NCBI GenBank assembly: GCA_963678565.1
Contig: OY782875.1
Coordinates: forward strand, 1,265,770-1,329,769
Direction: 5' to 3'
DNA length: 64,000 nt
Origin: Prolixibacteraceae bacterium
Lineage (GTDB): Bacteria; Bacteroidota; Bacteroidia; Bacteroidales; Prolixibacteraceae
Within the stretch, counting starts at the first letter, position 1. Every line of letters starts with the position of its first letter. Under the pieces are notes generated by a model. It worked only from the letters and a program-made list of their open reading frames with translations. It did no database searches and was not told the origin of the DNA. A program made the position numbers and the translations under genes. This document shows, one piece after another, positions 8,921 through 17,232 of this stretch.

Positions 8921-10153
8921 ATGGAAGAAACTTTAACCGGTCTACAGATAGGCTTAGACAACATGTGGTTATTGGTTGCTGCATTTTTAGTAATGTTTAT
9001 GCAACCAGGCTTTGCGATGGTTGAGGCAGGATTTACAAGAAGTAAAAACACTGCAAACATCCTAATGAAAAATATTATGGACTTTGCGATTGGTTCTTTA
9101 TTATACTGGTTTATTGGATTCACTTTAATGTATGGTGATTCAATCGGTGGATTTATCGGAACTCCAGATTTGTTCTTTATGAGTGAAGGATTCGGCGCTA
9201 ATTATTCAGATTATGCTGATTTATTCTTCCAAACAGTATTTGCTGCAACAGCTGCGACAATTGTATCGGGAGCGATGGCAGAACGTACTGAGTTTAAAGC
9301 ATACTTGATTTTTAGTATTGTAATTACAGTTTTAATTTATCCAATCTCTGGTCACTGGACATGGGGTGGTGGATGGTTGAGCCAATTAGGTTTCCACGAT
9401 TTTGCTGGATCTTCAATTGTACACTCTGTTGGTGCATGGGTTGGTTTAGCTGGTGCTTCTATCATTGGCCCTCGTATTGGAAAATATTCGAAAGACGGAA
9501 AACCAAATGCAATTCCTGGACACAACCTAGCATTGGGTGCACTCGGTGTATTCATTCTATGGTTCGGATGGTTTGGATTTAACCCTGGTTCTCAGTTAGC
9601 TGCTGCAGGTACTGATAATGCTGTTGCAATTGGTCACATTGCTGTAACAACCAACTTGGCTGCTGCTGCTGGTGCTGTAACCGCTATGATTGTAGCTTGG
9701 GTTCGTTATAAACGTCCTACTTTATCTTTAACATTGAATGGTGCATTAGCAGGTCTTGTAGCAATTACAGCTGGTTGTGATGCTGTAAACCCAATGGGTG
9801 CAATGTTTATTGGTATCTTTGCTGGATTAATCTTACCATTTGCTGTTGAATTCATTGATAAAGTTTTGAAGGTTGATGATCCAGTTGGTGCGATTTCTGT
9901 ACACGGTGTAGCTGGTGCGTTTGGTACTTTAGCTGTTGGTTTATTCTCAACTAGCGAAGGTTTATTCTACGGTCATGGTGCTAAATTGTTAGGTATTCAA
10001 GCGATTGGTGTAGCAAGTTTCTTCGCATGGGCATTCGGTCTTGGTTTAATCTTATTCTTTATCTTGAAGAAAGCTGGTGTATTACGAGTTTCTAAGATTG
10101 TTGAAGAAGAAGGATTGGATGTATTCGAACATGGTGAGTCTGCATATAATTAA
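8921..10153 (+). CDS. amtB: Ammonium transporter
   Basis: Amt/MEP family with 11-12 TM segments. Conserved FMQPGFAMVEAG, DFAGSSIVH and VHGVAGAFGTL motifs. Confidence 0.95.
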   Translation: MEETLTGLQIGLDNMWLLVAAFLVMFMQPGFAMVEAGFTRSKNTANILMKNIMDFAIGSLLYWFIGFTLMYGDSIGGFIGTPDLFFMSEGFGANYSDYADLFFQTVFAATAATIVSGAMAERTEFKAYLIFSIVITVLIYPISGHWTWGGGWLSQLGFHDFAGSSIVHSVGAWVGLAGASIIGPRIGKYSKDGKPNAIPGHNLALGALGVFILWFGWFGFNPGSQLAAAGTDNAVAIGHIAVTTNLAAAAGAVTAMIVAWVRYKRPTLSLTLNGALAGLVAITAGCDAVNPMGAMFIGIFAGLILPFAVEFIDKVLKVDDPVGAISVHGVAGAFGTLAVGLFSTSEGLFYGHGAKLLGIQAIGVASFFAWAFGLGLILFFILKKAGVLRVSKIVEEEGLDVFEHGESAYN

Positions 10154-10167
10154 TGTATAAAATATAA

Positions 10168-10194
10168 AGTATCCTTTTAAGGAGGGTACTTTTT
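10168..10194 (+). terminator. Rho-independent terminator after amtB
   Basis: AGTATCCTT / AAGGAGGGTACT form an imperfect 8-9 bp stem (10168-10176 with 10182-10190), followed by T5. Confidence 0.5.
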
Positions 10195-10217
10195 ACAATA
10201 CCTTTATTTTCATAACC

Positions 10218-10281
10218 ACTAACCTCGCCGCCACTGCCGGTGTGCTCATCGGTAGTTCGGTGGCGTTTAGTTAGTTTTTTT
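10218..10281 (+). terminator. GC-rich compound hairpin followed by T7 (second terminator-like element after amtB)
   Basis: ACTAAC (10218-10223) pairs with GTTAGT (10270-10275). CGCCACTG (10229-10236) pairs with CGGTGGCG (10258-10265). An inner CCG/CGG stem is also present, and a T7 run follows at 10275-10281. Confidence 0.45.
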
Positions 10282-10351
10282 GTAAATAAATAACCCAAAA
10301 ATATTTGACATATGATGTCAATATTGAGTGTTTCCCTTTTTCCCAATTCCC

Positions 10352-10378
10352 AAAAGCCTGCGCTATGCAGGCTTTTTT
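10352..10378 (+). terminator. Orphan Rho-independent terminator (no annotated upstream gene of its own)
   Basis: AGCCTGC (10355-10361) pairs with GCAGGCT (10367-10373) as a perfect 7-bp stem with a 5-nt loop. The T run at 10373-10378 follows it, with its first T closing the stem, and an A run precedes the stem. Confidence 0.55.
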
Positions 10379-10404
10379 ATAGATTTAAATTAACTAGATT
10401 AAAG

Positions 10405-10440
10405 CAAAAAATCCAGCCTATTCAATTAGGCTGGATTTTT
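10405..10440 (-). terminator. Rho-independent terminator after ilvN (bidirectional shape)
   Basis: ATCCAGCCT (10411-10419) pairs with AGGCTGGAT (10428-10436) as a perfect 9-bp stem, flanked by an A tract (10405-10410) and a T tract (10436-10440). Confidence 0.65.
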
Positions 10441-10459
10441 CATTTTATAATTTTGAATT

Positions 10460-11005
10460 TTATTCCTTGATCGAAGACAATACCTCATCTCTTTCTTTCA
10501 AGAATTCTGATAGTCTTTCTAATGGCGATCTTGTAATTGCAATTCTGCCTGAACGAATGAATTGCATTACTTTAAATTGATTTAAATCTTCAAAAAAGCT
10601 TTGTGTTTCAGTTTTGTGTCCTGTTTTTTCAATTACTGTAAACTCTTTAGTGATTTCCAAAATACGAGCATTGTGCTTTCTGATTAAGCCTTCAATCTGA
10701 TCGCTTTTTGTTAAAGCTTCTGTTGGTACCTTATAAAGTGCAACCTCTTGATATATCATTTCATCATTGGTATGATAAAATGCCTTAAGAACTTCAACTT
10801 GTTTTTCAATTTGTTGAACCACCTTGTAAACCTGCTCTTTTGTAGAGATAATAACGATTGTAAATTTACTAACTCCTTTAATTGCAGATTCAGATACAGT
10901 TAAACTTTCAATATTTAACTTTCTGCGCGTGAAAATGATCGTAATCCTGTTGAGTAATCCAATATGATTCTCGGTGTATGCAGTTATAATAAATTCTTGT
11001 TTCAT
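10460..11005 (-). CDS. ilvN: Acetolactate synthase small (regulatory) subunit
   Basis: N-terminal ACT domain (ITAYTENHIGLLNRITIIFTRRKLNIESLTVS), directly downstream of ilvB. Confidence 0.85.
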   Translation of the reverse strand: MKQEFIITAYTENHIGLLNRITIIFTRRKLNIESLTVSESAIKGVSKFTIVIISTKEQVYKVVQQIEKQVEVLKAFYHTNDEMIYQEVALYKVPTEALTKSDQIEGLIRKHNARILEITKEFTVIEKTGHKTETQSFFEDLNQFKVMQFIRSGRIAITRSPLERLSEFLKERDEVLSSIKE

Positions 11006-11035
11006 TTCTTTGTCTTTTAAAGTTTGAAAACTGCC

Positions 11036-12742
11036 TTATGCATCTTTAGGTTTTTCCAAAATAATGTCGGAAACACTTGCTCCTGAAGGAACCATAGGGA
11101 AGATGTTATCTTCTTTCTCTACAACAACCTCAAGTACAAATGGGCCTTCTGTTGATAGCATCTCTTCAACACCGGCTTCTAAATCATCGCCCAATGAAAC
11201 TCGTCGAGCGGGAATGCCATAAGAATCTGATAATTTTATAAAATCAGGCCCTGATATTTCGGTAAATGAATATCTTTTTTCAAAGAATAGTTCTTGCCAC
11301 TGACGTACCATTCCTAAGAAGTTATTATTTAAAATAACTGTTTTTACAGGAATTTTATCAGATGCAATTGTTCCCAATTCTTGCAAGGTCATTTGGAAGC
11401 CACCATCGCCAATAAACGTGATAATTGTACGATCGGGGCGCCCCAATGCTGCTCCCATTGCTGCAGGTAAGCCAAACCCCATGGTACCTAAACCACCTGA
11501 CGTTACAAAACTTCTGGAGCGGGTAAAACCAGAGTAGCGTGCGCCTGCCATTTGGTGTTGACCAACATCGGTTACGATTACTGCGTCGTTATTTGTTTTC
11601 TCAGAAACCATTTTAATTACCTCGCCCATTTTACTTTTGTCGTGTGTGCGGCTAAGGTCTTTATCGATCACTTTTTCGTGTTCAATTTTATCACAGGCTC
11701 TAAACTCGTCATGCCATGCTTCGTGTTCGTTTTCGTTAACCAAAGGAAGCAAGCTTGTAATTGCTTTTTTAGCATCACCCATAACCGGATAATCTGCAGG
11801 AATGATTTTGCCTATCTCTGCAGGATCAATTTCAATATGAACAACTTTTGCTTGTTTTGCATAAGTTGAAGTACTTCCAGTTACGCGGTCGTCAAAGCGC
11901 ATACCAATAGCAATTAATAAATCGCATTCGTTCGTTTTTAGGTTCGGACCATAATTCCCGTGCATTCCTAACATTCCAACATTTAATTCATGATCGGTTG
12001 GTAGGGCCGAAAGTCCTAATAGAGTCCAAGCTGTTGGAATTCCTGTTTTTTCAACAAACTTTTTAAATTCTTCTTCTGCACCCGAAATAATAACTCCTTG
12101 TCCGGCAAGAATCATTGGCTTTTTAGCTCTATTGATTGCATCGGCCGCAGCTTCAATCTGTTTTTTGTCGATCTTAGTTGAAGGGATGTAGCTTCTAATT
12201 TTAGTGCATTTTGTATATTCAAATTCAATTTCTGCAAATTGAACATCTTTTGCAATATCAACTAATACTGGTCCTGGTCTTCCGGTGGTTGCAATGTGAA
12301 ATGCTTTTGCCATTACCGTTGGGATTTCGCTCACATTTGTAATTTGGAAATTCCATTTTGTCACAGGCATACTCATACTTACAATGTCCGATTCCTGAAA
12401 AGCATCAGTTCCTAATAAAGGAGAAGCTACTTGTCCGGTAATACAAACTAATGGGGTCGAGTCGATCATTGCATCTGCAATTCCTGTTAATAGATTGGTA
12501 GCGCCGGGGCCAGAGGTTGCAAAACAAATTCCTGGTTTTCCTGTAACTCTTGCAAATCCTTGCGCTGCGTGAATTGCACCTTGCTCGTGGCGAGCCAGAA
12601 CGTGGTTTACGTGATCTGCATGATCGTATAAAGCATCGTAAACTGGCATAATTGCCCCGCCGGGATAACCAAATATTGTGTCGACCCCTTCTGCGATAAG
12701 GGAGCGCATTATTGCTTCTGAACCTTTTATTTTTTCAGCCAT
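11036..12742 (-). CDS. ilvB: Acetolactate synthase large subunit (biosynthetic, ThDP-dependent)
   Basis: ThDP-binding motif GGLGTMGFGLPAAMGA...GDGGFQM...NN, AHAS-type N-terminal domain, 568 aa. Confidence 0.92.
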   Translation of the reverse strand: MAEKIKGSEAIMRSLIAEGVDTIFGYPGGAIMPVYDALYDHADHVNHVLARHEQGAIHAAQGFARVTGKPGICFATSGPGATNLLTGIADAMIDSTPLVCITGQVASPLLGTDAFQESDIVSMSMPVTKWNFQITNVSEIPTVMAKAFHIATTGRPGPVLVDIAKDVQFAEIEFEYTKCTKIRSYIPSTKIDKKQIEAAADAINRAKKPMILAGQGVIISGAEEEFKKFVEKTGIPTAWTLLGLSALPTDHELNVGMLGMHGNYGPNLKTNECDLLIAIGMRFDDRVTGSTSTYAKQAKVVHIEIDPAEIGKIIPADYPVMGDAKKAITSLLPLVNENEHEAWHDEFRACDKIEHEKVIDKDLSRTHDKSKMGEVIKMVSEKTNNDAVIVTDVGQHQMAGARYSGFTRSRSFVTSGGLGTMGFGLPAAMGAALGRPDRTIITFIGDGGFQMTLQELGTIASDKIPVKTVILNNNFLGMVRQWQELFFEKRYSFTEISGPDFIKLSDSYGIPARRVSLGDDLEAGVEEMLSTEGPFVLEVVVEKEDNIFPMVPSGASVSDIILEKPKDA

Positions 12743-12755
12743 AATGAATTTTAAA

Positions 12756-14576
12756 TTAAATTAAACGAATAGCTCCTTTGTCTGCTGAAGACACTAAGCT
12801 TGCATAAGCTTTTAATGCTTTGCTTACTTCTCTTTTTCTGTTTGGTTTAAAGGCATCGTTGCCTTTTGCAACTTCTTCAGCTCTTCGTTTTGAGAGTTCT
12901 TCGTTACTTATCAATACGTTTATTTTTCTTTTTGGAATATCAATCTCAATTGGATCTCCACTTCTTACTAAACCAATTGCACCACCTGCTGCTGCTTCGG
13001 GAGAGGCATGACCAATAGAAAGGCCGGAGGTTCCTCCTGAAAAACGACCATCTGTTACTAAGGCACAAGCTTTATCGAGTCTCATTGATTTGATGTAAGA
13101 GGTTGGATATAGCATCTCTTGCATTCCAGGTCCACCTTTAGGGCCTTCGTACAATATAAAAACAACATCTCCTGCTTGTACCTCGTCTCCTAAAATACCG
13201 TTACAGGCTGCTTCTTGTGAATGAAATACTTTTGCAGTTCCGTTGAATTCAAAAACCGATGGATCCACTCCTGCAGTTTTGACAATGCAGCCGTTTTCGG
13301 CAATGTTGCCAAATAAAACGGCTAATCCTCCTTCTTTGTTAAATGCTTTTTCATAGCTACGAATACAACCATTTTCACGGTCTCTATCTAATTCGCTGTA
13401 ATAGTTTTCTTGTGATCCCATTACGATGTTACGACGATTACCTGGTGCTGAAGAGTATATATTCTTTGCTTCTTCACCAGATGTTGGCCGCATGATATCA
13501 TATTTATCGAGTGCCTCACCTAATGTGAGCTGGTCTACACGATAAACCGAGGTGTCTAAAACGCCTGCACGGTCTAGTTCTCCTAAAATTCCTAAAATAC
13601 CACCAGCACGATTTACATCTTCCATGTGGTAATTTGAACTTGGTGCTACCTTACAAACATTAGGGATTTTTCTAGATAATTCATCGATATCATCCATTGT
13701 AAAATCGACCCCTGCCTCACTTGCAATAGCTAATAAGTGAAGAATAGTATTGGTACTTCCACCCATTCCAATATCCAAAGTCATTGCATTCATAAATGCA
13801 CTGCGGGTTGCAATTGATCGTGGGAGTACTTTATCGTTTCCGTTGAAATAATAGTCGTTGGTTATTTTGATAATAAGATCTGCTGCTTTTTCAAACAATC
13901 GAGTTCTGTTGGCATGGGTTGCTACTATCGATCCGTTTCCCGGAAGCGCAATACCTAATGCTTCGGCCAAACTGTTCATCGAGTTTGCAGTAAATAATCC
14001 GGAGCAAGATCCACAGGTTGGACAAGCACTGCGTTCGATGGACGAAATTTCTTCATCTGAAACATCGTCATCGGCTGCCAATACCATGGCATCTACCAAA
14101 TCGTATTTTTTGTCGTCAACTTTACCTGCTTCCATCGGTCCACCCGATACAAAAATTGAAGGAATGTTTAAGCGCATTGAAGCCATCATCATTCCAGGAG
14201 TAATTTTATCACAATTTGAAATGCAAATCATAGCATCCACTTTGTGTGCATTACACATATATTCTACACTGTCGGCAATCAAATCGCGTGATGGGAGCGA
14301 GTAGAGCATACCATCATGCCCCATTGCAATTCCATCATCGATCGCAATTGTATTAAATTCAGCTGCAAAGTAACCTTGTGCCTCTATCAATTTTTTCAAC
14401 TCTTGACCAACTTCATGCAAATGAACGTGACCAGGAACCATTTGTGTAAATGAGTTTACGATAGCGATAATTGGCTTCTTAAATTGTTCTTCCGTCATAC
14501 CGTTCGCACGCCAAAGTGCACGTGCTCCTGCCATTCTTCTTCCTTGAGTTGTTGTTGCGCTTCTAAGCTTTTTCAT
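12756..14576 (-). CDS. ilvD: Dihydroxy-acid dehydratase
   Basis: IlvD/Edd family motifs [16 protein letters not shown] and TDGRFSGGT; 606 aa. Confidence 0.95.
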   Translation of the reverse strand: MKKLRSATTTQGRRMAGARALWRANGMTEEQFKKPIIAIVNSFTQMVPGHVHLHEVGQELKKLIEAQGYFAAEFNTIAIDDGIAMGHDGMLYSLPSRDLIADSVEYMCNAHKVDAMICISNCDKITPGMMMASMRLNIPSIFVSGGPMEAGKVDDKKYDLVDAMVLAADDDVSDEEISSIERSACPTCGSCSGLFTANSMNSLAEALGIALPGNGSIVATHANRTRLFEKAADLIIKITNDYYFNGNDKVLPRSIATRSAFMNAMTLDIGMGGSTNTILHLLAIASEAGVDFTMDDIDELSRKIPNVCKVAPSSNYHMEDVNRAGGILGILGELDRAGVLDTSVYRVDQLTLGEALDKYDIMRPTSGEEAKNIYSSAPGNRRNIVMGSQENYYSELDRDRENGCIRSYEKAFNKEGGLAVLFGNIAENGCIVKTAGVDPSVFEFNGTAKVFHSQEAACNGILGDEVQAGDVVFILYEGPKGGPGMQEMLYPTSYIKSMRLDKACALVTDGRFSGGTSGLSIGHASPEAAAGGAIGLVRSGDPIEIDIPKRKINVLISNEELSKRRAEEVAKGNDAFKPNRKREVSKALKAYASLVSSADKGAIRLI

Positions 14577-14592
14577 TTTGATAGTACTTTAT

Positions 14593-14623
14593 AAAAAAAA
14601 ACCATTCTCATATAGAGAATGGT
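14593..14623 (-). terminator. ilv attenuator terminator hairpin
   Basis: On the minus-strand RNA, ACCATTCTC (plus coordinates 14615-14623) pairs with GAGAATGGT (14601-14609) across the loop UAUAU, followed by U8 (14593-14600), 16 nt before the ilvD ATG. Confidence 0.8.
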
Positions 14624-14661
14624 CTTGTTAATATTTTAAATTAATGCATTACATACCATTC

Positions 14662-14733
14662 TCACTTCATTTGAACGAGGACAACTACTTCGCTGACGAT
14701 AATAGTAAATGATATGATGCTTGTTGATTTCAT
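14662..14733 (-). CDS. ilv operon leader peptide, 23 aa (MKSTSIISFTIIVSEVVVLVQMK)
   Basis: Hand translation of the minus strand, not in the ORF track. 10 of 23 residues are Ile/Val/Leu. The stop codon overlaps a GAGAATGGT copy (14655-14663) that can pair with the 5' arm of the terminator, forming an antiterminator. Confidence 0.75.
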   Translation of the reverse strand: MKSTSIISFTIIVSEVVVLVQMK

Positions 14734-14762
14734 GTTCTTAGTATTCAATCATTTTGATGAAC

Positions 14763-14792
14763 AAATGTATAAATAATATTCAATAATCAAAA
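14763..14792 (-). promoter_or_regulatory. Candidate Bacteroidota-type promoter for the ilv leader
   Basis: The minus strand reads TTTG-N18-TACATTTG, matching the -33 TTTG / -7 TAnnTTTG pattern. It ends about 30 nt upstream of the leader ATG. Confidence 0.45.
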
Positions 14793-14962
14793 TGCAATTA
14801 AAGTTTCTAATAAAATTTTGTTTCAATTAAAGACTTTTATTCATCTAATACTGACAATTTATAAGTTTTTGCCTCAATCCTCTAATGAAATATTTTTAAT
14901 TAACTTTTGTTTATTCGACTTTAAAATTCAACAATACTAATTGAGTATTGTTTATCTGTAGA

Positions 14963-15217
14963 ATGTTTAAGCACAATATTATGGGAAGTCCAAAAATTGC
15001 AGTAAAAGCACCCAAAGCTATTGAACTAGAAGCTGGAACTTACTATTGGTGCGCTTGTGGTCAAAGTAAGAATCAACCATTTTGTGATGGCTCACATGCG
15101 GGTACAGAGTTTACACCAGTTCAATTTTCAATCGAAGAAACGAAGACCGTTTATCTATGTCAATGTAAGCATTCGGGCAACAAACCATATTGCGATGGTA
15201 CGCACCAAAAATTGTAG
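14963..15217 (+). CDS. CDGSH iron-sulfur domain-containing protein (two CDGSH motifs)
   Basis: CACGQSKNQPFCDGSH and CQCKHSGNKPYCDGTH. The start is uncertain (ATG 14963 or 14981; the ORF track begins at TTG 14948). Confidence 0.85.
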   Translation: MFKHNIMGSPKIAVKAPKAIELEAGTYYWCACGQSKNQPFCDGSHAGTEFTPVQFSIEETKTVYLCQCKHSGNKPYCDGTHQKL

Positions 15218-15279
15218 TCGAAACTTTTCTTGAATATTATTGATTCTGTCAGCTCGCAATTTTGTTCTATTATTGTAGG

Positions 15280-16080
15280 ATGAAAGAAGGGGTGAATTTA
15301 AATTCGGAGTGGCGTAAAGTTGCTTCTACTGTATATAAAAAGCCAATTGATTCGAAGATATTTGGTGAAACAGAGTTGGATGTAACTGAGCTCGAGAAAT
15401 ATATTTCGAAACTACGTAAAAAGGGAATTAAAGCTACACCAACGCATTTTTTTTCAATGATCATTTCGAAGGCAATGCACGAGGTGGTGCCCGAGATGAA
15501 TACTTATTGTGCCCGAGGTAAAATATTGCCCCGAAAACAGGTTGATGCCATGGTTAGTATTTTGCAGGCCGATGGAGGAATGAGCTCGGTGAAAATTGAA
15601 AATGCAAATGAGCTTTCTTTGTCACAGATTGTTACCAAAACCAAGGATGAAATTGTAGCTATCCGAACTGGAAAAAATCAAGGGGCAGTAAAAAGTAGAG
15701 CTTTTCTCGCAAGTATTCCATGGCCATTTCGCGATTGGTTCTTCTCTGTTTATACATTCTTTACCATAAAAATGGGCTTAACTATTCCGGCATTAGGAAT
15801 GAATCCCGATAGCTTTGGTTCCTTTATTCTTACCAATATCGGATCTATTGGATTAGACAAAGGTTATCCTGCTTTGATGCCAAGTTCGAACCTTTCGTTT
15901 GTAGCTGTTTTAGGTGGAATTCAGAAAAAGCCAGTAGTGATTAATGATGAAATTCAAGTTCGTAGAATGATGAATTTTTCAGTGGTGATCGACCACCGAA
16001 TAGCCGATGCTTCTAGCGGAGGAAAGCTTTTGCGCTACATGAAAGAGTCGCTTAAAAATCTTGATAAATTTGAAGTTTAA
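15280..16080 (+). CDS. 2-oxoacid dehydrogenase acyltransferase (E2) catalytic-domain protein, no lipoyl domain
   Basis: C-terminal catalytic motif VIDHRIADASSGGKLL (DHRxxD type). About 266 aa from ATG 15280, with no lipoyl or E3-binding domain. Confidence 0.7.
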   Translation: MKEGVNLNSEWRKVASTVYKKPIDSKIFGETELDVTELEKYISKLRKKGIKATPTHFFSMIISKAMHEVVPEMNTYCARGKILPRKQVDAMVSILQADGGMSSVKIENANELSLSQIVTKTKDEIVAIRTGKNQGAVKSRAFLASIPWPFRDWFFSVYTFFTIKMGLTIPALGMNPDSFGSFILTNIGSIGLDKGYPALMPSSNLSFVAVLGGIQKKPVVINDEIQVRRMMNFSVVIDHRIADASSGGKLLRYMKESLKNLDKFEV

Positions 16081-16196
16081 TTCTTTTGTAAATGTGAATT
16101 AATAGTTTTTAATTGGTTAATATTTTAATTTTAATGAAATAACTATTGGTTGAGTTTCAAATTATAATTATACTTGCATCGAATTGATAAATAAAA

Positions 16197-16250
16197 ATGA
16201 AAAATTTCTACGGACATCATCACGGACATCATAACTTACCTGGCTGGTAG
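16197..16250 (+). CDS. his operon leader peptide, 17 aa (MKNFYGHHHGHHNLPGW)
   Basis: Hand translation, not in the ORF track. It has 5 His codons (CAT CAT CAC GGA CAT CAT) and lies 104 nt upstream of hisG, followed by alternative pairing segments and a terminator. Confidence 0.8.
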   Translation: MKNFYGHHHGHHNLPGW

Positions 16251-16293
16251 GCTGTTGTTTTATTGTCTGGAAATTGATAAAATATTAAACAAA

Positions 16294-16321
16294 GGCTTAC
16301 CTCAATTGGTAGGCCTTTTTT
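16294..16321 (+). terminator. his attenuator terminator hairpin
   Basis: GGCTTACC (16294-16301) pairs with GGTAGGCC (16308-16315) as 8 bp with one G-U, followed by T6 (16316-16321), 33 nt before the hisG ATG. Confidence 0.8.
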
Positions 16322-16353
16322 ATTGCTTGTTGAAATTATAAAGAATAGAAATA

Positions 16354-17220
16354 ATGAGTTCAAATGAAATTTTAAGAATTGCAGTCCAAACCAAAGGACG
16401 TCTTAGCGAAGAGTCAATTAACTTGATTAAAGAGTGTGGAATAAAGTTAACGGTTGGTAAACGTCAATTGCTTTCTCCATCTAAGAATTTTCCACTTGAA
16501 ATTTTATACTTACGCGACGATGATATCCCCGAAACAGTAGCTGATGGTGTTGCTGATATTGGCATTGTTGGAGAGAATGAAATGCTCGAAAAAGATAAAA
16601 ATGTTGATTTAGTTAAACGTTTAGGCTTTAGTAAATGTCGCTTGTCGTTGGCAATTCCTAAAGCAGAACAATATGATGGCCCAGAATATTTTGAAGGGAA
16701 AACAGTTGCAACATCTTATCCTGTTATTCTTGAAAAATTCTTCAAGGAAAAAGGTATTAATGCAGATATTCATGTAATTAATGGTTCTGTAGAAATTGCA
16801 CCTGGTATTGGCTTGGCCAATGGTATTTTTGATATTGTAAGTTCAGGTGGAACTTTGGTTTCAAATGGCTTGAGAGAAGTTGAAGTGGTTACTCCAAGTG
16901 AAGCGGTAATGTTAAAAACACCCGGTTTATCTAAAGCCAAACAAGCAATTCTCGATGAATTGTTATTCCGCATTCAGTCGGTTGAACAATCAAAAGGGAA
17001 AAAGTACATTTTATTGAATGCACCCAATAATAGTTTACCACAAATTGTTGGCATGTTACCCGGAATGAAAAGTCCTACCATTATGCCATTGGCTGAAGAT
17101 GGATGGAGCTCAGTACATACTGTAATTGACGAAAAATATTTCTGGGAAAATATCTCAAAATTACGTGAGTTGGGTGCCGAAGGAATTTTGGTACTACCAA
17201 TAGAAAAAATGATTCTTTAA
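16354..17220 (+). CDS. hisG: ATP phosphoribosyltransferase (long form)
   Basis: LRIAVQTKGRL start, 288 aa long-form HisG with the C-terminal regulatory domain; first gene of the his cluster. Confidence 0.92.
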   Translation: MSSNEILRIAVQTKGRLSEESINLIKECGIKLTVGKRQLLSPSKNFPLEILYLRDDDIPETVADGVADIGIVGENEMLEKDKNVDLVKRLGFSKCRLSLAIPKAEQYDGPEYFEGKTVATSYPVILEKFFKEKGINADIHVINGSVEIAPGIGLANGIFDIVSSGGTLVSNGLREVEVVTPSEAVMLKTPGLSKAKQAILDELLFRIQSVEQSKGKKYILLNAPNNSLPQIVGMLPGMKSPTIMPLAEDGWSSVHTVIDEKYFWENISKLRELGAEGILVLPIEKMIL

Positions 17221-17232
17221 TTAAGCTTATCA

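Noticed and set aside
10092-10346. 84-aa minus-strand ORF downstream of amtB
   Set aside because: It spans three plus-strand terminator hairpins and overlaps the amtB 3' end. Its composition is driven by the hairpin sequences, so it is most likely non-coding.
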